Source: Planctomycetota bacterium
GTDB lineage: Bacteria; Planctomycetota; UBA1135
Length of the DNA: 47,055 nucleotides
Direction of reading: 5' to 3'
Assembly: GCA_014382805.1 (NCBI GenBank)
Contig: JACNIZ010000220.1
Span: 1-47,055, forward strand
Positions 36,874 to 45,919 of the stretch are shown piece after piece; positions within the stretch are counted from its first letter, which is position 1; each line of letters opens with the position of its first letter. The position numbers and the translations under genes were made by a program. The notes beneath the pieces are model-generated. The model had not been told where the DNA came from and searched no databases. It saw nothing but the letters and a program-made list of their open reading frames with translations.

Positions 36874-38139
36874 TTATTCCACGACCTTGACCATATCCCA
36901 CATGGGCAGAAAAACCGCCAGGGCGACGAACAGGACAATTACCGCCAGGACTAAAGTGAGCAATGGTTCAATCAACGTCGCCACCGTTTTTGTTTGGTAG
37001 CGCAATTCCTTCTTAAAGCGCCTGACAACCGCAAAACAAGCTCGTTCCATTGATCCCGTGGATTCTCCATTGGCCAACATCTGCCTGGCCTCTTGTGGAA
37101 AACAATCGGATTTCTCCATACCTGTCGTCATGGTTTCGCCCACCGAAATTTCAGTGGCGACATTTAAAATATCTTGCTTGATTTTGGAATTTCCAGTGGT
37201 GCTTGCGGCAGTCTGCAGTGCCTCCAAAATCGGCACACCAGCCTGAGTGAACAATCCAAGAATTTGAATAACTTGAAGGGTGATTGCGGTTTGAACCAGC
37301 TTGCCAATGACTGGAATTTTCAAAATGATTCGGTCCATTTTGCGCCGAACCTTTGGCCGTCGAAACAAGGCTTTTAGTGCAAAACCGAGGGCAACTAATC
37401 CGCCAACGATAAACAAAAGGTTGTTGGAAATAAAATCACTGCCATTAATCAAGATTTTGGTCGCCAGGGGTAATTCCGAACCGAATCCGGAATAAAACGT
37501 GGCGAAGCGTGGAACCACAAACACCATTAAAACTACGATGGCAATGCACAAGGTAACAATCACGATTGCCGGGTACATAATGGCCGATTTAAGATCCGAT
37601 CGCACCTCCATATCCGCCTCTAAATATTCGGCCAGATTCTCTAGCATATTGTCCAGAGTGCCGGATTTTTCACCTGCCGAAATCGTTCCGGTGTAAACAG
37701 CCGGAAACACACGTGGGTGCTTCTCCATTGCCTCCGAAAGGGAAATACCACTTTCCAAGTCGACGCAAATCCCGGCCAAGACACGCTTGAAGTTTGGGTT
37801 TTTTATCAAACCACGAACCGACTTCAAAGCTCCCATAATTGGTATACCTGCACTCAACGATCCACTCAGTTGCAATGAAAATTGCATTAATTCCTTGCGG
37901 CTTACCTTAGTGCCACCCTTTTTTCTTTGCTTAGCGGTGAGCAGGGTCCGCCCCGACCCTTTGCTTTCCCCTTGTGTGTTCCCTATCGCATACTCAGCAA
38001 CGGCTACCGCGCTCACTGAAATAGGGAACAGCCCGTCGCGCTGCAGCAAAGTCAGAGCTTCGCGCTTGGAGTTTGCTTGAATGACTTTTTCAATGACGGA
38101 GCCCGCCTCATTTCGGGTTCTGCATGCAAAGGAGGTCAT
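36874..38139 (-). CDS. pilC: Type II secretion F / PilC / MshG inner-membrane platform protein
   Basis: AGIPIMGAL, GISLSEAM, AGEKSGTL, SAIMYP, LIEPLL, FLPMW. Confidence 0.92.
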   Translation of the reverse strand: MTSFACRTRNEAGSVIEKVIQANSKREALTLLQRDGLFPISVSAVAVAEYAIGNTQGESKGSGRTLLTAKQRKKGGTKVSRKELMQFSLQLSGSLSAGIPIMGALKSVRGLIKNPNFKRVLAGICVDLESGISLSEAMEKHPRVFPAVYTGTISAGEKSGTLDNMLENLAEYLEADMEVRSDLKSAIMYPAIVIVTLCIAIVVLMVFVVPRFATFYSGFGSELPLATKILINGSDFISNNLLFIVGGLVALGFALKALFRRPKVRRKMDRIILKIPVIGKLVQTAITLQVIQILGLFTQAGVPILEALQTAASTTGNSKIKQDILNVATEISVGETMTTGMEKSDCFPQEARQMLANGESTGSMERACFAVVRRFKKELRYQTKTVATLIEPLLTLVLAVIVLFVALAVFLPMWDMVKVVE

Positions 38140-40325
38140 GCGGTCAGATCCTCACTTTTTTCCACATTCACAGTTCCGATAATGCGAGCGACTTCCTCCA
38201 CAGTGGTCAAACCTTCTGAAAGTTTTTGAATACCGTCCGAACGTAAATCCATGACTAGCGCTCTTTCGGCTTCGATTTCGATCTCGTCGCGATTGCCTGC
38301 ACCGAGTAGGGCGGAACTCAACCCAGCTGTCATCTCCAGCATTTCATACAACCCCAAACGGCCTTTATAGCCTGTATTTAGGCATTGGCTGCAGCCTTCG
38401 CCCCGCATAAAGCTAATTTCCGCCGGATCCTGAATGCCCAATCCCGCGATTAAGCGAGGCTCCGGCTTGTCTTCGGTGGCGCAATTGCTGCAAATCCTAC
38501 GCACCAGACGCTGCGCCACCACTGCCTGCAAAGACGACGTAATTAAAAACGGAGGAATGCCAATCTCGCTCAAACGCACGATGGCGCCTGCAGCACTATT
38601 GGTATGCAGAGTGCTCAAAACCAAGTGGCCAGTCAGTGCCGCTTGTACTGCTAACTCAGCGGTTTCAGCATCGCGAATTTCGCCGAGCATGATCACGTCA
38701 GGATCTTGGCGCAAAATGCTGCGAAGTCCAGCGGCGAAGGTCAGACCAGCTTTGGGATTCACTTCGGTTTGGCGCAACAGGGGCATGCGCTTTTCGACGG
38801 GATCTTCCACTGTCACAACATTACGCTCAATCGTGCTCAACCGATCTAATGCAGCGTAAAGCGTGGTGGTCTTGCCGCTACCCGTTGGGCCAGTCACCAA
38901 TATCATTCCGTGCGGCTGCTCGAGCCCGGATTTTAGCTTTGATAGCGCCACGGAGGGAATCCCGAGATCGTCTAAACCGATCATGTCATCCCCGGAAAGC
39001 AGTAGTCTCATTACTACATTTTCACCGTGAACTGTTGGGATAGTCGAAACTCGAACGTCGATGTTGCCCTGACTAATTTTCATTCCAAAGTGACCATCTT
39101 GCGGCCGCCGCGTATCGGCGATATCCAACTTCGACATTACCTTCAAGCGCGAAACTATCGGAGCGTGTTGCTGGCGCGGATGAACTGACTTTTCATGCAG
39201 GATTCCGTCGACGCGCACTCGGACGCGCCCGAGATCGCGCTCAGGCTCGATGTGAATATCACTCACCCCGCTTACCGCAGACTCCTCGATAATTGAGTTT
39301 ACTAAGCGCACAATCTCGTTGGAGCTGCAAGCTGCTTCGAGTTCGTCCTCTTCCGTGGTCTCCTCCACCTCCTCAACCTTAGCCTCAACTTCGGTTGGAT
39401 CATCACTTTGGCGACGAATGGATTCCAACAGCTTTTGCATGCACGTTTTGGCAAGTAAACATGGGTCAACTTGAGAATTGGTACGCAAGCGCACCTGGTC
39501 GATGACCGCCAAATCCATTGGGTCAACCATGCCCAGGGTCAAAATGCCGTCCATGGAAAATAGGGGGAACACTTGGTTGCGGAAAATCAGCTCCCTCGGC
39601 AAGATCTCGTTGTTGCCACTGCAAATTTCATAGGACAACGTATTCGCATACGGCACACCTAGCTCCATAGCATTTGCGCATGCAATTTGCTCATCCAACA
39701 CCGCGCCAGAATTGAGCAAGGCGCGGTCTAGTGGCAGCTTGGTGCCAGCCGCCTTATTCAGAACTTCGGTTAACTGTTGCTCGTTCAATACCCCATCGCG
39801 AACCAACCGAACTGCCCAAGCAGGAACCGACCTTGTTAGCAGTGATAAATTTGCCTCGAGTTCAGCAGAGCCATCTTTAGCCTTAGTGTCGCCTTGGGTA
39901 ATTGCATTGCACCGCAGCCATAACGCATGCAAAAGCTTCGAATCAGAGTCCACAAGCTCAATGTAGATTTGATACAACGGTTGCGCGCTGATCATTTTCA
40001 CTTTGCGCACCGACCCGATCAGGTAGGGCAATCCACCTTTGTCGGTTTTTGGCAAGTCAGCTGTATCTGTGAACTCCAATTTCAATTCAGCATTCTTCGG
40101 CAAAAAAACTGGCGACAAAATATCTATCCCATCTTCACGAACCAATTGAACGCTCACCGCAACTGGACCGCGCCGTCGGCTTAGGACCACCTGCTCGGCC
40201 GAATTCTCTTCAACGGAGATGTAAGCCCTAGGCTTAGCCTCCACGCCAGAAGACGCGGCTGGGGCGGATAATGCCTCAGGGATTGGGTTCATGAAATTTA
40301 GTGGATGAGCGAGCACCCCCACCAT
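38136..40325 (-). CDS. pilB: GspE/PilB/MshE assembly ATPase with an N-terminal PilZ-like extension
   Basis: SDIHIEP, RVDG, GPTGSGKTT, TVEDPVE, LRQDPDVIMLGEIRD, TLHTN, CSNC/CSQC zinc site. Alternative ATG at 40292. Confidence 0.92.
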   Translation of the reverse strand: MVGVLAHPLNFMNPIPEALSAPAASSGVEAKPRAYISVEENSAEQVVLSRRRGPVAVSVQLVREDGIDILSPVFLPKNAELKLEFTDTADLPKTDKGGLPYLIGSVRKVKMISAQPLYQIYIELVDSDSKLLHALWLRCNAITQGDTKAKDGSAELEANLSLLTRSVPAWAVRLVRDGVLNEQQLTEVLNKAAGTKLPLDRALLNSGAVLDEQIACANAMELGVPYANTLSYEICSGNNEILPRELIFRNQVFPLFSMDGILTLGMVDPMDLAVIDQVRLRTNSQVDPCLLAKTCMQKLLESIRRQSDDPTEVEAKVEEVEETTEEDELEAACSSNEIVRLVNSIIEESAVSGVSDIHIEPERDLGRVRVRVDGILHEKSVHPRQQHAPIVSRLKVMSKLDIADTRRPQDGHFGMKISQGNIDVRVSTIPTVHGENVVMRLLLSGDDMIGLDDLGIPSVALSKLKSGLEQPHGMILVTGPTGSGKTTTLYAALDRLSTIERNVVTVEDPVEKRMPLLRQTEVNPKAGLTFAAGLRSILRQDPDVIMLGEIRDAETAELAVQAALTGHLVLSTLHTNSAAGAIVRLSEIGIPPFLITSSLQAVVAQRLVRRICSNCATEDKPEPRLIAGLGIQDPAEISFMRGEGCSQCLNTGYKGRLGLYEMLEMTAGLSSALLGAGNRDEIEIEAERALVMDLRSDGIQKLSEGLTTVEEVARIIGTVNVEKSEDLTA

Positions 40326-40357
40326 CCCAGGCAGAGGGACGATAGGTTCCGTTTGGT

Positions 40358-40385
40358 ATATCGACCTGTTTAGGGTCGGCCTTTA
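40358..40385 (-). promoter_or_regulatory. Candidate sigma28 (FliA/SigD)-like promoter for pilB-pilC
   Basis: TAAAG-N15-GTCGATAT on the minus strand, close to the TAAA-N15/16-GCCGATA(A/T) consensus. Confidence 0.5.
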
Positions 40386-40408
40386 ATTCAAGACTAAACT
40401 CATCAGCG

Positions 40409-41380
40409 TTACCGTTTTCGGTGACGCTTCAACGCCGACGCAACCAATTGACGGGTGAAGCCTTCGTGGCCGGCCGGGTCGTGACTCAAGCATAAATCGG
40501 CGCTAGCGGCGTCGGCGGGTGGATAATACAAACCGCAATTGGGGTTGATCTCCAGCATATAGGGCGTTCCGTCGGGGGATACGCGAATGTCGCAACGGCC
40601 AAAACTGGCTCCGTTTAGCTCCAAAAAGAAGCGTGCAGATTCATCTCGAATGCGTTTGTTCAACTTAGGATCGTTCACCGGCACTGCGCTCAGGCCGCTG
40701 TAATCCTCCCATTTTAGATCGGAATGCTTAAAAGTTTCGCCACTGGGGAATTGGTATTGAATGGGTGTATAGGTGGTCGGTTTTTTGGGATTCTTGGGAT
40801 TTTCCGCCACCAAAACTGTGCATTCCGTGCCCGGAATATATTCCTCGATCAAAGCCGCACCATGTTTAGAAATGATTTTATTCGCCTGCCGACGCAACCC
40901 GGCCAGCGTTTGTACTCGCGAATGACGACTGAGATCAATGCTCGAATAACTGCAATGATGCTTCACAAATAGCGGAAAGCGCAGTTTCTCCGCCGCTCGA
41001 TCTACCTGCTCCTCATTCTTGACAATTCGCCAGGCTGGGGTTTCGATCCCCAATCGTTTACACGCTGCCTTCATTTGCCGACGTGTAGGCTCAAAAAACT
41101 GGGTTGTCGCGCCGGTGAATGGAACTCCATGCCTTTCTAAAGTGCGCACCACTTCAACACCCGGGCTTTCTTGATCAGCGGCGCCGTCGCAAAGGTTAAA
41201 GTATAGGTCGAAGCCCTCTTTAACCAGCGCGTTTACTTTTTTAACGGATGTGTATTTATCATCTAAGACTGCAAGCGTCCAATCTTCGTCTGGCAAATAA
41301 GGACGCGGATCGCATGGCCAGTCACCATCAGGCAAAGGACCTGAGTCTAATTCTTGGTTTGTCAGTAAGCAGATGCGCAA
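40409..41380 (-). CDS. ATP-grasp protein, D-Ala-D-Ala ligase-like (divergent)
   Basis: FNLCDG, VPFTGA, FPLFVK, ALIEEYIPGTE, GRCDIR, LEINPNC; TTG start. Confidence 0.8.
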   Translation of the reverse strand: MRICLLTNQELDSGPLPDGDWPCDPRPYLPDEDWTLAVLDDKYTSVKKVNALVKEGFDLYFNLCDGAADQESPGVEVVRTLERHGVPFTGATTQFFEPTRRQMKAACKRLGIETPAWRIVKNEEQVDRAAEKLRFPLFVKHHCSYSSIDLSRHSRVQTLAGLRRQANKIISKHGAALIEEYIPGTECTVLVAENPKNPKKPTTYTPIQYQFPSGETFKHSDLKWEDYSGLSAVPVNDPKLNKRIRDESARFFLELNGASFGRCDIRVSPDGTPYMLEINPNCGLYYPPADAASADLCLSHDPAGHEGFTRQLVASALKRHRKR

Positions 41381-41415
41381 AACTTGTTTTACGAAGGTGG
41401 GGCAAGAGGTTGTTA

Positions 41416-43002
41416 CTACTTCAAGCCTAACCTTGCAGCCAAGTTATGCAAATTACTGCGATGCAAGCCTAGTTCCTTCGCAGCTTGTGACCATACACCA
41501 TGATTACGTTTTAATGCCGCGAGTATTACCTGACGCTTGAATTCAACTAGCTGCTCACTTAATGGACGACCATCAATGGCTTTCATGTCAGGCGCAGCTA
41601 ATTGTTGATGGCTATACCTATCTTCAGAGTCGGCCTTTGATTTAGTTTTGACGAAGTCCTGCCCTAAATGGCGTGGCCGAATCCATACCGGCTCTCCTTT
41701 GGCCGATGATTTTGCTGCTTTGAGCACTGCTCTAGAGATGACATTCTCTAATTCACGAACATTTCCAGGCCACGCATAGGCCATTAATGCCTGCGGGGAA
41801 TCACTGTGCAATCGAACCGGTCCCAAACCCAATTGGCGGCGTGCTTGATCACAGAACGAACCTGCCAGCAATGGTATATCGTCCTTCATGTCGGTTAAAC
41901 GCGGCGTATGAATCCGGCAAACGTCCAAACGATGCAAAAGATCAGCACGGAATGCTCCCGCTTGGACCTCACGAACCAGTTCACGGTTCGTCGCCGAAAA
42001 AACGCGAACATCTACGTGTAAATGACGATCGGAGCCGACCCGCTGAATCTCTCCGGTTTGCAAAACGCGCAATAATTTCGGTTGAATGGAAAGTGGTAAT
42101 TCGCCGATTTCATCCAAAAATAGGCAGCCACCGTCCGCAACTTGAAATTTGCCACGTCGCTCATTGCTTGCCCCAGTAAAAGCGCCTTTAATATGACCAA
42201 ATAACTCGCTTTCCACAACGGATTCGGGCAGGGCCGCACAATTAACGTAAACCAACGGCTTTTTGGAGCGCCAAGATTCAGCATGCAACGTTCGCACGAC
42301 GAGTTCCTTGCCGGTGCCTGTTTCTCCGGTGACGAGTACCGGATAGTCTGATTGCGCAAAGACGGAGATTTCCTCGCGCAATGCTTGCAATCGATCGCTG
42401 CGCCCGAGGAGGCCACCGCCCCGACGCTCCAATATCCCATGAACTAAATCTTGGGCCACCAAACCATTGTTTCGAGCACTCCGTTCTAGCGCCTCCATAA
42501 TTTCCGAGGTATGAAGAGCCGCCCCCGCCAAAGCCCCTAGTGCGGACAAAAAGGATGTGCTGATTCCGTCGAAAGCATTCGATGTTAAAGAATCTAGGGT
42601 TAGCGTTCCTACAAGTTGGTTTTGAACTCGGAGTGGGATGCCCAAACAAGCGTGGATGTGGTCGCTTAGGTTGGGTGCACCTTCCACTAGGCCCTCAAAT
42701 GGATCAGGCAGCGGGCTATTTATTGGAAAGCGTGTTGGCTGTGGTTGTCGGCAGACCTCGGCTAGCCGTGGATGATCCGCTACCACAAATTGTCGGCCAA
42801 GCGCGTCGGGCACCAGGCCATGAGTGGCGAGAGGATGTAAGGCCTCTCCCTGCAAGCGCAGCAAAGTTACCGCGTCGGCTGGTAGGGCTTGGCGAACCGC
42901 ATCGACTAAGCGTTGGTATCGGTCCTGGCTTTGCAAACTCGAACTCAGGTCGAGAGCAATCTGAAACAGGAGGTCAAATTCGTCAATTGTTACCTTTTTC
43001 AT
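41416..43002 (-). CDS. norR: NO-responsive sigma54 activator NorR (GAF-AAA+-HTH)
   Basis: GAF iron-ligand motifs HPRL, LPDPFEGL, HACLG and LTLD; GETGTGKE, GAFTGA, FLDEIGE, WPGNVREL; C-terminal HTH. Confidence 0.93.
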   Translation of the reverse strand: MKKVTIDEFDLLFQIALDLSSSLQSQDRYQRLVDAVRQALPADAVTLLRLQGEALHPLATHGLVPDALGRQFVVADHPRLAEVCRQPQPTRFPINSPLPDPFEGLVEGAPNLSDHIHACLGIPLRVQNQLVGTLTLDSLTSNAFDGISTSFLSALGALAGAALHTSEIMEALERSARNNGLVAQDLVHGILERRGGGLLGRSDRLQALREEISVFAQSDYPVLVTGETGTGKELVVRTLHAESWRSKKPLVYVNCAALPESVVESELFGHIKGAFTGASNERRGKFQVADGGCLFLDEIGELPLSIQPKLLRVLQTGEIQRVGSDRHLHVDVRVFSATNRELVREVQAGAFRADLLHRLDVCRIHTPRLTDMKDDIPLLAGSFCDQARRQLGLGPVRLHSDSPQALMAYAWPGNVRELENVISRAVLKAAKSSAKGEPVWIRPRHLGQDFVKTKSKADSEDRYSHQQLAAPDMKAIDGRPLSEQLVEFKRQVILAALKRNHGVWSQAAKELGLHRSNLHNLAARLGLK

Positions 43003-43030
43003 AACTGTTACTTTTCAAACAACTTCATGG

Positions 43031-43047
43031 GTTGTCAATTTTACAAC
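43031..43047. promoter_or_regulatory. NorR binding site
   Basis: GTTGT-CAATTTT-ACAAC (GT-N7-AC core at 43034-43044). A degenerate copy, GTTAC-N7-ACAAC, lies at 43007-43023. Confidence 0.75.
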
Positions 43048-43127
43048 TTTTTATCGTTGAAATTGGCTTAAATAAGGCATTTCGCGAATTATTTTTTTCT
43101 TTTGAGGATTAATCCACCATTTACAGT

Positions 43128-43143
43128 TGGCACGGAGATTGCA
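43128..43143 (+). promoter_or_regulatory. Sigma54 -24/-12 promoter of the nor operon
   Basis: TGGCACG-GAGA-TTGCA, a perfect consensus match, 23 nt upstream of the first gene and divergent from norR. Confidence 0.92.
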
Positions 43144-43166
43144 TTATTCGAATAACAAAAGCCACC

Positions 43167-43712
43167 GTGAGCAGTCACCCCTCTACCCCCGATTTAGTCA
43201 ACCTACTGGTTGACAAGTATCACCGCCATTTACGGCAGAGTGTGAGGGAGCTGATTGAATTAGCTCCGCAATGGGACAGCTTTCAAAAGCAATTTTCAGG
43301 AACTCCCATGTGTTGGTGCAAACTCCTCACCACCTGGTGGGGCGAGGTTAAGCAGCACCTAGAAAAGGAAGAGATTTCCATTTTCCCAGCTTTTGTTTCT
43401 GGACGGGCCAGCCACCTGGCGCCTCAGCTCCGAACTTTGGAGCTCGAACATAACGACCACCGCCAATTGATGGTGACGCTAGCTATTTCCGTCGACGAGG
43501 GAATCAAGCTACTCGAAACCCTCCCGGTATCGGCCGGAACCGAATGTTCGTCACTTCCACAAGTTCAGCGTTTCGCTGAGCTCGCTGGCGAGATGGTGGA
43601 AATGTTAAACGAGCACATCAATCTCGAGGACAGGGTGTTATTCCCCTTGGCCCTCGGACTTGATTTCTCCGATCACCAAGAAATCAACCCCAACCCTAAT
43701 TCCCCCGAATAG
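43167..43712 (+). CDS. Hemerythrin-like di-iron protein (Ric/YtfE/NorA C-terminal-type domain)
   Basis: YHRHL, HLEKEE...FP, LEHNDH and EHINLED...FP di-iron motifs; no ScdA_N domain. Confidence 0.8.
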   Translation: MSSHPSTPDLVNLLVDKYHRHLRQSVRELIELAPQWDSFQKQFSGTPMCWCKLLTTWWGEVKQHLEKEEISIFPAFVSGRASHLAPQLRTLELEHNDHRQLMVTLAISVDEGIKLLETLPVSAGTECSSLPQVQRFAELAGEMVEMLNEHINLEDRVLFPLALGLDFSDHQEINPNPNSPE

Positions 43713-43713
43713 C

Positions 43714-44448
43714 ATGCTAACTAAATCAGCAGCAAAAGCATTTTTCCTTGGAGGGACCGCTCTGTGCAGCATCGCCTTTGTCCTGTTATCCATGGACACC
43801 TTGGCGCAGTTTCCTGAGCGCTCCAATCAAGATGAAATGACTGAGTCCGTTGTACGCGGACACATGATCTGGAACAAAAACAACTGCATGGGTTGCCACA
43901 CCTTGCTAGGTGAAGGTGCTTACTACGCACCCGAGCTGACGCAAGTAGTGAAGCGACGCAGCGACGTTTGGCTAACCGAATTCCTTAAAGATCCGGAACG
44001 GATGTTTCCTGGTCGCCGCAAAATGGTGAAATACGATTTTTACGATGCGGATGAGGTCGGCGCTGAAGAGGCCAAGAAGAACATTGATGACACTTTGGCA
44101 TTTTTCCATTGGGTTGCTCGCATTGACACCAATGGCTTCCCCGCTGAGCCGGACATGGCGCCAGCGAATGCGCTTGCAACCGCACCCATCGCTGCCAATT
44201 CAATCTTGAATGCAGCTCCTGAATACGTCAAGTCGGTCTGTATTGGCTGTCACTCCATTGAGGGCCAAGGCGGAACCGTCGGCCCAGCATTGGATGGCGT
44301 CGCCGATCGTTTTGATGCCGAATACCTGCGCAAGTGGGTGGCCGACCCACTGTCGGTAAAACCAGATACCACCATGCCAAATCTCGGACTTAAGGGCGAG
44401 CAACTGGATGACATTCTCAACTTCCTCGGCACCTTGAAGGAGAATTAA
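43714..44448 (+). CDS. norC: Nitric oxide reductase cytochrome c subunit, dihaem form
   Basis: MLTKSAAKAFFLGGT TM anchor; CMGCHTLLGEGAYYAPELT; second domain CIGCH...GPAL...TMP. ATG 43714 follows the hemerythrin stop. Confidence 0.92.
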   Translation: MLTKSAAKAFFLGGTALCSIAFVLLSMDTLAQFPERSNQDEMTESVVRGHMIWNKNNCMGCHTLLGEGAYYAPELTQVVKRRSDVWLTEFLKDPERMFPGRRKMVKYDFYDADEVGAEEAKKNIDDTLAFFHWVARIDTNGFPAEPDMAPANALATAPIAANSILNAAPEYVKSVCIGCHSIEGQGGTVGPALDGVADRFDAEYLRKWVADPLSVKPDTTMPNLGLKGEQLDDILNFLGTLKEN

Positions 44449-44450
44449 GG

Positions 44451-45860
44451 ATGCGCTTTCAAAGTCAAAAAATCGCTTGGTACTTCTTTGCGGCTTGCAT
44501 GGGCCTGTTCGTCCTGCAACTCATCTACGGCTTCATTCTCGGCTTCGACCGCATGGGTTGGGAAGGCTTGCATGAAATCATTCCGTTCAATGTGGCGCGG
44601 GCAACGCACACCAATCTACTAGTAGTTTGGTTGTTGGCCGGCTTTATGGGTGCTGCTTACTACATCATCCCCGAAGAAGCGGACCGCGAGATTTGGAGTC
44701 CCAAGCTGGCTTGGATCCAATACTTCTCCTTGCTGGCCGTGGGCGTGGTTGCCATCATCGGCTATCACTTCAACATCTGGGAGGGCCGGAAGTTTCTCGA
44801 GATACCACGACCGCTGGACTACCTAGTCGTCGTCAACGTACTTGCATTCCTGTTCAACATCTTGATGACGATTTGGAAAGGCAAGCGCATGACGACCACC
44901 GCGATGGTGTTGTTCTTCGGCTTGCTAACCGCTGCTTTGCTTTACCTGCCTGGCATGTGGACCTTCGACAACCTGGTGCATGATTCTTACTTCCGTTGGT
45001 GGGTTGTTCACCTGTGGGTAGAGGGTGTTTGGGAATTGATCATGGGCGCGATTCTGTCGTTTTTGCTGATCAAACTCACAGGTGTCGACCGCGAGGTAAT
45101 CGAAAAATGGCTGTACATCATCGTCGGCTTCACCTTCCTCAGCGGCATTCTTGGCACTGGCCACCACTACTACTTCACCGGCGGCCCAAGTTACTGGTTG
45201 ATGATCGGTGGCGTGTTCTCTGCTCTAGAACCGCTCGCTTTCCTAGGCATGGCTTTGTACGCAATTGCAATGGCACGCCGCGGGGGTCGCAAGCATCCGA
45301 ACAGGATTGCTTTGTCATGGACGATTGGTTGCGCGGTAATGAGTTTCGTCGGCGCCGGCGCGTTGGGCTTTGCTCACACATTACCGCAAGTCAACCTTTG
45401 GACTCACGGCACATTGGTTACCGCAATGCACGGTCACATGGCTTTTTGGGGAGCTTACTGCATGTTGATTCTGGCTCTGATTAGTTACGCGTTGCCAGAA
45501 ATGACTGGCCGCAAGAACTACAAAGGCTGGATGCCGGAATGGGCATTCTGGTGCTCCAACATTGGCATGATCTGCATGACTGGCGCATTTGCAGTCATGG
45601 GCGTTGCTCAGGTTTACTTGGAACGCAAAGCAGGCATGGACTTTTTGGACGTGCAAGAAGGTCTGGAGGTTCACGCCTTCGCACTCATCCTGGCTGGTGC
45701 TTTGTTCACATTTGGCATTGTGCTGTTCGTCAAAAACTTCATCTCATACGGCTTGCCGTCGGATGAGGCGATGATCGCCAACGCCAGTGAAGCTGATGCA
45801 ACAGCGTCTGACAGTGGCAGTACCGACGCCATCGATGGCGCCGCCGCCCCGCAGGCATAA
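44451..45860 (+). CDS. norB: Cytochrome c-dependent nitric oxide reductase large subunit
   Basis: ATHTNL, EGRKFLE, WWVVHLWVEGVWE, GTGHHYY, ALEPL and HGHMAF; all canonical. Confidence 0.95.
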   Translation: MRFQSQKIAWYFFAACMGLFVLQLIYGFILGFDRMGWEGLHEIIPFNVARATHTNLLVVWLLAGFMGAAYYIIPEEADREIWSPKLAWIQYFSLLAVGVVAIIGYHFNIWEGRKFLEIPRPLDYLVVVNVLAFLFNILMTIWKGKRMTTTAMVLFFGLLTAALLYLPGMWTFDNLVHDSYFRWWVVHLWVEGVWELIMGAILSFLLIKLTGVDREVIEKWLYIIVGFTFLSGILGTGHHYYFTGGPSYWLMIGGVFSALEPLAFLGMALYAIAMARRGGRKHPNRIALSWTIGCAVMSFVGAGALGFAHTLPQVNLWTHGTLVTAMHGHMAFWGAYCMLILALISYALPEMTGRKNYKGWMPEWAFWCSNIGMICMTGAFAVMGVAQVYLERKAGMDFLDVQEGLEVHAFALILAGALFTFGIVLFVKNFISYGLPSDEAMIANASEADATASDSGSTDAIDGAAAPQA

Positions 45861-45919
45861 CCCTTGTTACTGAAGACGGATTGCCGTTGTCACTTCGGCA
45901 ATCCGTCACCCCCATTCCG

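Noticed and set aside
43660-43713. Upstream TTG extension of norC
   Set aside because: It overlaps the hemerythrin gene; NorC homology starts at ATG 43714.
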